From a virus (lineage: Duplodnaviria > Caudoviricetes), in the IMG/VR virus record IMGVR_UViG_3300030333_005476, positions 1 to 61,361 of that record: a DNA stretch of 61,361 nt, one strand, 5' to 3'. The notes under the pieces are model-generated. The model did no database searches. It worked only from the letters and a program-made list of their open reading frames with translations, and was not told the DNA's origin. The position numbers and the translations under genes are program-made. Below are positions 18,301 to 25,879 of this stretch, one piece after another. Positions within the stretch are counted from its first letter, which is position 1. Each line of letters opens with the position of its first letter.

Positions 18301-19649
18301 GCTCCGCAAATGGAGGAGCAGCAGACACTTTATCAACAATAGACTCTGAAGTAGATGCAGATCATTACTTAACTTTCGTTAACAGCAATAACTCTAGTGC
18401 AACTTACGAATCATTTTATACAGATGGTGGCATAAAGTACAACCCGAACAAAAATAAACTAACCGTTGACAAAATAAAATGCGATACAAATTTAGCCACA
18501 GCAGCTAACACAACAACTACCGCTTTAAAACATATAATTGGTAAGGTAGATGGGGGCACCGTTCATTATGACTTTACTGATGGTCAGGTTAAAACTTTCT
18601 TGGGCCTTGGAAGCATGGCTTATGAAGCTACTGGGAACTACTATACTAAAACCGCCGCAAACACCGCTTTCGCCGCTGCTTCTCATAATCACGATAGCAG
18701 GTATTATACAGAAACAGAAATAGACACTAAAATCTCCACGCTTAATACTTCCATAGGCGGCAAACAAGCTACAATCACTGGCGGAGCAACGACGATCACG
18801 GGAAGCAACCTCACAGCAAGCAGAGCTTTAGTTTCTAACTCTAGCGGCAAGGTTGCGGTTAGCGACGTGACATCAACAGAGCTGGGATATTTAGATGGAG
18901 TTACATCGGCGGTACAAACGCAATTAAACTCTTTAGGCGCTAGCATTTCAACCAACGCAACGAATATCTCCAGCAACGATACAGATATCAGTAATTTATC
19001 AACCAACAAACAAGACGCTTTAGGCAATACGTCGTCTGTGTCAATAAGTGATTTAACAGCCGTCAAGACGCTTACTTGGCCCCCAGCATGTTGCCCGCCC
19101 GACCCACAACACACAATGAATGACGTTGGGATTAAGGCTTTCAGCATAGCGCCTTATGGAACACTTAGTCGACCTTCGTTTAGGCAAATGCCAAGCACCT
19201 TTAGAACCGTTGATGGCTCTGTGCTTGGCCTTCACAATAGTAATGCTTTAGGATATACCGTAGCGTGGCATTGGGCTTATATTAATAATATACAAACCGT
19301 TTTGCCTGTTCTGGAAATGTCCGATAGGAGAGAGAAAGAAAATATAGAGCCAATACATTTAGGTTTAGACTTTGTTAATAAATTAAATCCTGTTTCTTAT
19401 CATTTAAAAAGCGCCGAGACTCCCAGAAAACAACTGGGTTTGATAGCTGATGAAGTCGTAGAGGCTTTGGATGAATACGGAGAAGGAATAGATAAAGAGT
19501 CCATAGTTTACGAAATACCAAAAGGCTCTCCAAATTCCCGCATGGCGGTAGGTTATACAGATTTGATAGCCCCACTTATTAAATCGGTGCAAGAGCTTTC
19601 AGCCAAGGTGGAAAGCTTGCAAAGCAGAATAGAGGAGCTGGAAAAATAA
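15357..19649 (+). CDS. Tail fibre with G(N/K)VGIGT repeats and a C-terminal S74 intramolecular chaperone
   Basis: Five VGIGTG repeats; SDRREKENI...GLIADEV...LIKSVQEL coiled coil. Confidence 0.9.
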   Translation: MAIKIRNVENLTLGKPDTGAANSNVAIGIEAVDTTEFELAISRPIQEQKFQFAINNEGVADGTNYGGIAFTQGASAETIMASIKVDYTDTDNYPNLVFGTRSTSDALTILDDGSVSTNGRLDVNHETVKLYNSANTNNTYFFAENTGAGNAGLKLKNSQGEFTIIANDRLRFISDDSPTTEVLSLHPNGNVGIGTGSSTADDILHVNKSGGAVLRLTDSAASSDGDKIASIQAAVGTGTFFAGINFYRHDANDGEIRLRQKVANTNTDVMTLVDGKVGIGTGSNTPQQTLDVRGNANFEATNANITINATSSYPFINFEENGTIRFQQAYDVANDLAYFVCNQSNSEMWFGVNNAEVMRLSDGKVGIGTGSNAPLDKLNVWGDQISVSQNIVSSSTYDWLALRSNRTIDDYGGLNAEYAKLYFKSITGSHYSGSLHFSIKQGINSSAAMTDVMSLWHNGKVGIGTGANTPNEILHVMAAGSGSSGYNSAVERGILITDNLGPRLVFEDIGEGVGDKVISLRNEDQCLKIASMSDSGSAYDVDNILVVHRDGNVGIGTGSSALTEELEVDGTVKATLFKGQFQGGGGAGGGGRAIFNAQDNIENGNLEIFTNGNTENGGDAVTFVTDNNTSSPYGKVARVDSLYEKQAVDFIPVQPGVALEGEIWYSIPSNDNGAQGSIFFGISRYDKDKKLISGNVGLSYFASQTQVKDSNWHKVSGNITLPTSHTPYNGSDGGPVRYIKPYVIVNYSGGTQAVSFGGMYIARRKAITIGATQTLGSETPGQLIAETNSFTRSSDLFTFNGKISQHLHEQQTGAGECNCWTLKDIDPLITYDSNNNPTSGFNITPETSNHDVAIIGSENQTPVLKINKEGLIVGFGVRNTVGTGSSGGVTAAKLVTSGELYTNATFGSQVEDNITPVNGKITLNLFLKDSAFASADHNHNASYGGSLAVGSGANANKIGLLAADGTTTLGSYITVPYATTAGSANGGAADTLSTIDSEVDADHYLTFVNSNNSSATYESFYTDGGIKYNPNKNKLTVDKIKCDTNLATAANTTTTALKHIIGKVDGGTVHYDFTDGQVKTFLGLGSMAYEATGNYYTKTAANTAFAAASHNHDSRYYTETEIDTKISTLNTSIGGKQATITGGATTITGSNLTASRALVSNSSGKVAVSDVTSTELGYLDGVTSAVQTQLNSLGASISTNATNISSNDTDISNLSTNKQDALGNTSSVSISDLTAVKTLTWPPACCPPDPQHTMNDVGIKAFSIAPYGTLSRPSFRQMPSTFRTVDGSVLGLHNSNALGYTVAWHWAYINNIQTVLPVLEMSDRREKENIEPIHLGLDFVNKLNPVSYHLKSAETPRKQLGLIADEVVEALDEYGEGIDKESIVYEIPKGSPNSRMAVGYTDLIAPLIKSVQELSAKVESLQSRIEELEK
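15927..17030 (+). repeat. Five identical 18-nt repeats GTTGGCATAGGCACGGGG
   Basis: Copies at 15927, 16185, 16449, 16737 and 17013. Confidence 0.9.
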
Positions 19650-19684
19650 TTTGCATTTTCAATTATTTGTGGTATAATTAGTAT

Positions 19685-19873
19685 ATGAGCGAAGAGAATA
19701 CAAACACCGAGCAGACCACTGAACAAAACGAAGTTCCTAAGGAGCTAACCACAGAGCAATCTTTGAACTTGCTTGTCAACCTCGCCCGACAGAGCAAGCT
19801 CTCTTATGACGAACACGCAATTGTTGATAGGGCTGTTCGGAACCTATCTGAAGCGTTAAATCTCAAGACGTAG
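19685..19873 (+). CDS. Small hypothetical protein, leaderless
   Basis: TGTGG-TATAAT (19673-19678), with ATG 6 nt later. Confidence 0.75.
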   Translation: MSEENTNTEQTTEQNEVPKELTTEQSLNLLVNLARQSKLSYDEHAIVDRAVRNLSEALNLKT

Positions 19874-19901
19874 AGTCGGCAGATTTAGGTCATAAGAACC
19901 T

Positions 19902-19937
19902 AAACGTCCCGTTTATTCTATAGACGGGGCGTTTTTT
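19902..19937 (+). terminator. Intrinsic terminator
   Basis: AAACGTCCCGTTTA/TAGACGGGGCGTTT stem followed by a T-run. Confidence 0.85.
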
Positions 19938-19964
19938 GTGTGTAACCCAAAATAGAGGAACCTT

Positions 19965-20294
19965 ATGAAAATTATCGAAAACTCTTGGAATTGGGTAAAA
20001 AACCACGTCGAAGCAATTAATTTCGGAGTGGTTCTTTTTGTTTTGGGATTCGTAGTTTGGCTCAGCGTCCACATAGTCAGCGTAGAATCTCAACTCAGAA
20101 AAGAGAATCAGTTCTTAAGAGAAAATCTAATAAGAATGGAGCAGAACCTTGGTGGAGCAGTCAGACACATAAACGAGCAAGAGACAGTAATCAGAAATCA
20201 AGGCGCTGTAATACAAAACCAGCAAGAAGGCATAAGAAAGCTAATTGAAAGAATAAACAACCTAACCGCGCTGTTAAATGGTAATTATACATAA
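19965..20294 (+). CDS. Membrane-anchored coiled-coil protein
   Basis: N-terminal transmembrane helix, then a heptad pattern; GAGG upstream. Confidence 0.75.
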   Translation: MKIIENSWNWVKNHVEAINFGVVLFVLGFVVWLSVHIVSVESQLRKENQFLRENLIRMEQNLGGAVRHINEQETVIRNQGAVIQNQQEGIRKLIERINNLTALLNGNYT

Positions 20295-20341
20295 TTTTTT
20301 ATAATTATATTGAATTGCGTGTAAAATAAATAAGCCTAACA

Positions 20342-20854
20342 ATGAAGGAGATCGAATACGAATTTGAGCAAACAAACAATGTCACTCAGAGCGAGGAGAT
20401 TGTATTCGTACCAGAGCGTCGCAAAGACGGCTCTGAAGAAAAGGCTATAGAGTTCTCTAAAAAGGTGTTGGCCTTCCTAGAGGAAGAAGTCAAAAACTTC
20501 AATTCAAAAAACGACAAAAGAATAAAACTATCCCAAGCTAGAAAAATGTACTGCTTGGGCGCTAGGCTCCAATCCGAAAATAAAGAGCATACAATTAACG
20601 AATGGGGACTAGCTAGAGTTAACTTATTTTTGAGAATTATCGCGGGGAATATCGAAGAACTAAATTTGGATATAAGCAAAAAAACCTCTTACAATAAATT
20701 GATGGATATTACAGACCATCTTATACCTTCTACGGATGACTTGCGCAAAGCCAAGCAAGATTCAATAGACCATGATTTGGACTATCACTACGAAGATATA
20801 GAGGAGCTATACATAGAGGAACCTAGTGGTTCTTATTATATAGATTATAGTTAA
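20342..20854 (+). CDS. Hypothetical protein
   Basis: ORF preceded by the GTGTAA motif at 20319. Confidence 0.7.
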   Translation: MKEIEYEFEQTNNVTQSEEIVFVPERRKDGSEEKAIEFSKKVLAFLEEEVKNFNSKNDKRIKLSQARKMYCLGARLQSENKEHTINEWGLARVNLFLRIIAGNIEELNLDISKKTSYNKLMDITDHLIPSTDDLRKAKQDSIDHDLDYHYEDIEELYIEEPSGSYYIDYS

Positions 20855-20867
20855 AAATTTTTGCATT

Positions 20868-21800
20868 ATGAAAAACATCATCGCATCACTCGTACTGGGC
20901 TTCGCCTTGCTGACTAGCTCTCATGCAGCCGAAGCAGATAACAAAACAGCAGAACATCTTCAAACCGTTTCTGTAACCATTAGATCGGAGGGACAATTTT
21001 CTAACGGAGAAGGTTCTGGAGTGATCTTCACCAGAAAAAATTCAAAAGGTGAATTGGTTAATTTTGTATGGACCGCAGCGCATGTTATCGACAACCTCAG
21101 AAAAGAAAGACAAGTGTTAGTTAATGGAGCCAAGAAAACTATCGTTGAATTTAAAGACCCGATGATTGTTAAAGAGATTCGACAGAACGGGCGCACCGTT
21201 GGCCGCTTGCAAATGGACGCAGAAGTTTTAAAGTATAGTGACGCCGATGATGGTCACGATCTAGCGCTACTTAGAGTCCGTAAAACAAATTTTGTAACCG
21301 ATACGGTTACCTTTTATCTCGACGATAAAATCCCAGGCCTAGGCACGGACCTTCTGCATGTTGGTTCTCTCCTAGGTCAAATGGGTGCAAATTCCATGAC
21401 TGATGGTATCTACTCTCAGCATGGAAGACTTATTAAAAGTTTAAACAAGTTTGTATTCGATCAAACAACTGTCACTGCTTTTCCAGGAAGTTCTGGCGGC
21501 GGTGTTTATCTTAAAGACGACGCAAGATACATCGGCATGTTGGTGCGAGGGGCTGGAGAAGGATTCAACCTAATCGTCCCAGTTCGTAGAATGAAAGATT
21601 ATTGCGAGAAGCATAAGATCATGTGGGCGTTAGACCCGAAAGTTAAAATGCCTTCAGAAGATGAGATTGCGAAGCAGCCTATCGAACATGAGCCAAAAAA
21701 AGAGAAGCTAGACACCACGGCTGACGAAGCTGAAGCCAAGAAGATGTTTCCGTTCATGCTTAGGGTGACCCCGAAGCACAAACTATTAATCCTAAAATAA
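20868..21800 (+). CDS. Secreted trypsin-like serine protease
   Basis: Signal peptide; GSGV, TAAHV, DLALL and PGSSGGG catalytic triad motifs. Confidence 0.9.
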   Translation: MKNIIASLVLGFALLTSSHAAEADNKTAEHLQTVSVTIRSEGQFSNGEGSGVIFTRKNSKGELVNFVWTAAHVIDNLRKERQVLVNGAKKTIVEFKDPMIVKEIRQNGRTVGRLQMDAEVLKYSDADDGHDLALLRVRKTNFVTDTVTFYLDDKIPGLGTDLLHVGSLLGQMGANSMTDGIYSQHGRLIKSLNKFVFDQTTVTAFPGSSGGGVYLKDDARYIGMLVRGAGEGFNLIVPVRRMKDYCEKHKIMWALDPKVKMPSEDEIAKQPIEHEPKKEKLDTTADEAEAKKMFPFMLRVTPKHKLLILK

Positions 21801-21804
21801 AATT

Positions 21805-21948
21805 ATGAAAAAACTATTACTATTAGCCGCCTCCTTACTGTTTATCGGTTGCAACTGGGGATCAGACACTTGTAACTCTTGCTCTTGCGATGGTGCTTGT
21901 TGTGACTCAGGTCAATGCGATGCTCAGTGCGGTTGCGCTTGCGGTTGA
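21805..21948 (+). CDS. 47-aa Cys-rich, metallothionein-like lipoprotein (not in ORF track); may extend to 21963 by UGA recoding
   Basis: MKKLLLLAASLLFIG-CNWGSDTCNSCSCDGACCDSGQCDAQCGCACG*; lipobox-like FIGC plus 9 further Cys. Confidence 0.75.
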   Translation: MKKLLLLAASLLFIGCNWGSDTCNSCSCDGACCDSGQCDAQCGCACG

Positions 21949-22036
21949 ACTAAAAAAGAATAACATGGGCGTGCCCCATGTATTAAAATAGCCTATTTTT
22001 TGCTTTTGTGTGTAAATAATTGCATAGGTTATAGCT

Positions 22037-22234
22037 ATGCTTTTACGATGGCTTAAAAAAATTTTTACAAAAGGAAATATTATGGAAGATGATATCAAAC
22101 ACCAAGATTTAGAGAATCTAGATGATAATCTAGAAGTTGAAGATACTGAAGAAACCGTAGAGGAAGTCGTCGAAGAGGCTCCCAAGAGCGGTGAAATGGT
22201 ATTCAGAAAAGGTAAATGGCGTAGAGTTAATTAG
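22037..22234 (+). CDS. Small acidic hypothetical protein (start may be 22082)
   Basis: Follows GTGTAA at 22010; AAGGA precedes the second ATG. Confidence 0.65.
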   Translation: MLLRWLKKIFTKGNIMEDDIKHQDLENLDDNLEVEDTEETVEEVVEEAPKSGEMVFRKGKWRRVN

Positions 22235-22245
22235 GGGAAATTGTC

Positions 22246-22566
22246 ATGGGAAGACCCAAATATAACTCATTTCCAGAGACAGGTTGGCCAGCCCCTTGCT
22301 TAGTAGCTTATAATACTGCTGGCGGGGCCATGATTTCTGCACCAGGCACAGGTAAACACATTCATGTTATAGGCGTTGTATCAAACAACACCGTAGGCCT
22401 TAGAGCGGGCGGCTCGTCTGGCGCAGTTATAATGACTCTTCCGGGTGACGCCGATGGTTTAAGATTTCCGGGAGCAGTAGACATGGGGGAGAATCAGTCT
22501 TTATTTGCTGACTCCAGCGATGATGTTACTGTGTTTTACTATATCCACGATTCAGCCATTAATTAA
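22246..22566 (+). CDS. Small beta-rich protein, possibly virion-associated
   Basis: Gly-rich beta pattern; lies in the head gene cluster. Confidence 0.65.
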   Translation: MGRPKYNSFPETGWPAPCLVAYNTAGGAMISAPGTGKHIHVIGVVSNNTVGLRAGGSSGAVIMTLPGDADGLRFPGAVDMGENQSLFADSSDDVTVFYYIHDSAIN

Positions 22567-22568
22567 TC

Positions 22569-24068
22569 ATGAAATATACAACCATTTTCAGCTCAACAAT
22601 CAAGCCGCTAGTTTCCGAGGAAAAGGACAAGTATTTGGCTATGGCCAGCTTGCTCGAGGTTTCCGATTTTGTTCCAGAACTAGACACGGACACTAATATT
22701 GATCTGCTTCCCATAGCTTTTAACGCTTGTGTTGCTAATAGAGTCAATAAAAACGGCGACGTTATTGATACCGCCACGGCTTTAGAAATTTATAAAAACT
22801 TTATCAATAAACCCATTAACATTGAACATAATAGGCAAAAAGTCATCGGAACTATTCTTTCTGCTGGTTTTAGCGAGTTTGGCACAGACAAGCCACTGAC
22901 TGCGGAAGAGATCAAAGATACCGATAAGCCTTTCAATATTACTTTGGGTGGCGTTGTTTGGAGAATCGTTAATTCTGAGTTATCTGAATTGATCGAAGAG
23001 TCTAATGATCCTACTAGTGAGAACTATCAAGGTATTTCTGCTAGTTGGGAATTAGGTTTTTCTGATTATGATTTAGTTATTTTAGAAGAATACGAGAAAA
23101 ACATCGAGAATGGTAAGACAATTAGTTCTTCAGTGGAAAAAGACGAACTTAAACAGTATTTAAGGAGTCATGGAGGCACTGGATTACTAGACAATGGTAA
23201 ACGCATATACCGAAAGGTTGTGGAGCAAGTAGTTCCGCTCGGAATAGGCCTTACCGAGACTCCTGCGGCTGACGTCAAAGGGGTAGCAATAGACAAGGAA
23301 GAGGATAATGAGCAATATGCTTCTGAATCGCAAGAAACAGAGCCAGAGTGCCCAGAAACTACTTCTCAATCTAGCGAAAACAATGTAAATAATAAAAAAG
23401 ACGTAGTTATGAAAATCACAAGCTTGAAAGACATCAATAACGATACGTTGAAAACGTTGGAGGCTTCTGCTGTCCACGATTTTATCCAGGAAGAATTGAA
23501 GAAAGCATCTGAAGAGTTTGCAGCTGAAAAAGAAGAGAAGGAAACTGCTCTTAAAGCCGCCAACGAAAAAATCGATGATCTCTCTGCTAACTACGATAAA
23601 GTCAAGGATGAGCTTCAAAGCGTTAGCGAAAATCTCAAAACCCTAGAGGATGAGAATGCAGCTAAAGCGGCCGAAGAATTGTTCAATCAACGTATGGCAT
23701 CCTTTGACGAAAAATACGAACTCACCGATGAAGATCGCAAGGTAATTGCTTCCGACATCAAGGAGCTCGACGAAGAAGCCTACTCCGCATATACGGAGAA
23801 AATGGCTGTTCTTCTTAGCGCGAAAGACAAAGAGGCTATTGCCGCTGCTGCCGCCGCCGCTAAAGAAGAGGCCGAAGCTTCTAAAGAAGAGACTACCGAA
23901 GAGGCAGTTGCTTCCGAAGAGGAAACAAACGAAGAAGTAGTAGAAGAAGCTCTAGACAACGCTGAAGTAGAGGCCGACGCAGTCGCCACCACTACTGAGC
24001 CAGAAGAGCAAACTCTTTACGAAAAATATAAAAACGCTTTTAGCGTAGACAATTTTAATATCAATTAA
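22569..24068 (+). CDS. Prohead protease fused to an acidic coiled-coil scaffold
   Basis: NKNGD, KPINIEH, ISASWEL, GIGLTETPAA, then an E/K/A-rich helical tail; lies upstream of the capsid gene. Confidence 0.85.
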   Translation: MKYTTIFSSTIKPLVSEEKDKYLAMASLLEVSDFVPELDTDTNIDLLPIAFNACVANRVNKNGDVIDTATALEIYKNFINKPINIEHNRQKVIGTILSAGFSEFGTDKPLTAEEIKDTDKPFNITLGGVVWRIVNSELSELIEESNDPTSENYQGISASWELGFSDYDLVILEEYEKNIENGKTISSSVEKDELKQYLRSHGGTGLLDNGKRIYRKVVEQVVPLGIGLTETPAADVKGVAIDKEEDNEQYASESQETEPECPETTSQSSENNVNNKKDVVMKITSLKDINNDTLKTLEASAVHDFIQEELKKASEEFAAEKEEKETALKAANEKIDDLSANYDKVKDELQSVSENLKTLEDENAAKAAEELFNQRMASFDEKYELTDEDRKVIASDIKELDEEAYSAYTEKMAVLLSAKDKEAIAAAAAAAKEEAEASKEETTEEAVASEEETNEEVVEEALDNAEVEADAVATTTEPEEQTLYEKYKNAFSVDNFNIN

Positions 24069-24086
24069 ATAAATTAGGAGAAAATT

Positions 24087-24644
24087 ATGTCAGACTTAAG
24101 AACATTCAGACAATATGATGAACATGACGTGATTAACCTATTTGCTTGGAGCGGGACTACCAGTACGGCTGGTGTGCTTTTGCAAGCGGGTAAGTTGGTT
24201 AAAGTCAATACTGGCTTTTCCGCTGGCAATGAGCCCGTCGACTTAGATGCCGACGCAGGAAATGCATATGGAAACACCCTATCGGAGTCGTGGAAGCTTA
24301 CCGCTAACGTAGCTCTTACCGGAGAAGGCGATGCCCCTCTCGGTATGGCCCTCGTTGCTGTACGTGACTTGGACGAGAATGGAGAGAAACTTCTCTACAA
24401 TCCTCGCAAGGCTGCTGAAATGGGAGTGGTAATTCCGGGGCAATCGGTTCCGATTCTATCTCGTGGATTAGTAATGGTTAAGAGCGATCACGCTACTTGG
24501 GCACCCGCCGCTGGCGGAGCAGTTTATGCTGGCCTGAATGGTGAGCTTACTTCAAGTAACGCTAACAGTGTTATTGAAATCGGTACAGCTCTTGGAACAA
24601 AAGACAGCAATGGCTATGCCCTTGTTAAACTAGAAATGGGTTAA
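24087..24644 (+). CDS. Capsid decoration/cement protein
   Basis: Between scaffold and major capsid; beta-tulip-like Gly-rich pattern; AGGAG RBS. Confidence 0.75.
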   Translation: MSDLRTFRQYDEHDVINLFAWSGTTSTAGVLLQAGKLVKVNTGFSAGNEPVDLDADAGNAYGNTLSESWKLTANVALTGEGDAPLGMALVAVRDLDENGEKLLYNPRKAAEMGVVIPGQSVPILSRGLVMVKSDHATWAPAAGGAVYAGLNGELTSSNANSVIEIGTALGTKDSNGYALVKLEMG

Positions 24645-24663
24645 TCCATAGGAGAAATTAAAT

Positions 24664-25776
24664 ATGAAACTTAAATTAAAAAATACAGAAGAGCAAGTGG
24701 AACTGATCCGCGCAATGGGCTCTAGAGACGGCCAGGTTTCGGCCGAAGCGTCTCAGGCCTTCGCCGCCTTTATCGGTCCCGTGGTGCAAAAAGTATTACT
24801 TCACGCTGGAAGTTCTGGCGTACTATATTCCGATCTGGAATATGATGAAGATGACAACCCGAGCATTCCTCTAGACCTTTGGTATGACCAAGGCGTTGAC
24901 CATGTTCAAGTATGGTCTCAAAATATCGCTGGTGGTCTTCCCACCTCAGAGGTCACTGGTCTTGCCGAAATGAAAATTGCGACTTATCGCCTTGACAGCG
25001 CTGTTAGCTGGTTGAAGCGTTATGCTCGTAAGGCTCGTTTGGACATCATTTCAAAGGCCATCGAAAGAATGTCTAATGAGGTGCTCATCAAGCAAGAGCG
25101 TAACGCTTGGGCCGTATTGCTCAAAGCGCTCGCTGAAGCAAGCACAAACAGCAACAAACACGTTATTGCTGCTGGTAACGCTAACGAGTTCATTCCTCAT
25201 GATCTCAACAGACTGATGACTCACATCAAACGCATCAACACCGACTTCCAAGGTGGTACTCCTGACGGCTTGACCGCCAAAGGGCTGACCGACTTGTTCA
25301 TGAGTCCTGAGATGATGCAGCAGGTGAGAGCATTTGCTTACCACGCTGTTAACGCACAGCAAGGTAGTGCTAATATCGGCACTGGCCCAATCACGCTTCC
25401 TGATAACGTTCGTAACGATATTTGGAACTCTGGCGGCATGGCTTCGCTTTACGGCGTAACTCTCCATGAGTTGCTGGAGCTTGGCACTGGTAAGAAGTAC
25501 AACACTCTGTTCGGCACCTTCACCGCCGCTAACAGCATTCTGGGTCCGAGCGGATCAAACTTCGCTCAGGCTACTGAAGAGCTTATGCTTGGTGTAGACC
25601 TCTCCAGAGAGTCTCTCGTACGTCCTGTTGCTCGTGAGCATGAGAGCGGTGGAACATTCACTGTTCTTCCCGACGACCAGTTCGTTGCTCGTGCTGAGAA
25701 GCAAGGCTTCTACGGCTATCTCGAAGAGGGCCGTGTTTGCTTGGATTCCCGCGCTTTGGTCGGTATCACCGTCTAA
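24664..25776 (+). CDS. Major capsid protein (HK97 fold expected)
   Basis: 370 aa, position, strong AGGAG RBS, biased codons, followed by a terminator. Confidence 0.85.
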   Translation: MKLKLKNTEEQVELIRAMGSRDGQVSAEASQAFAAFIGPVVQKVLLHAGSSGVLYSDLEYDEDDNPSIPLDLWYDQGVDHVQVWSQNIAGGLPTSEVTGLAEMKIATYRLDSAVSWLKRYARKARLDIISKAIERMSNEVLIKQERNAWAVLLKALAEASTNSNKHVIAAGNANEFIPHDLNRLMTHIKRINTDFQGGTPDGLTAKGLTDLFMSPEMMQQVRAFAYHAVNAQQGSANIGTGPITLPDNVRNDIWNSGGMASLYGVTLHELLELGTGKKYNTLFGTFTAANSILGPSGSNFAQATEELMLGVDLSRESLVRPVAREHESGGTFTVLPDDQFVARAEKQGFYGYLEEGRVCLDSRALVGITV

Positions 25777-25803
25777 TTGCAGGAATAGCAAATTATTCAC
25801 TAC

Positions 25804-25830
25804 AGCCCCCTCCTTTGGAGGGGGTTTTTT
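25804..25830 (+). terminator. Intrinsic terminator
   Basis: AGCCCCCTCC-TTT-GGAGGGGGTT followed by a T-run. Confidence 0.9.
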
Positions 25831-25879
25831 AGTATCTTTACGTGTAAACACATAATATATAGGTACAAGGTATCAGCAT

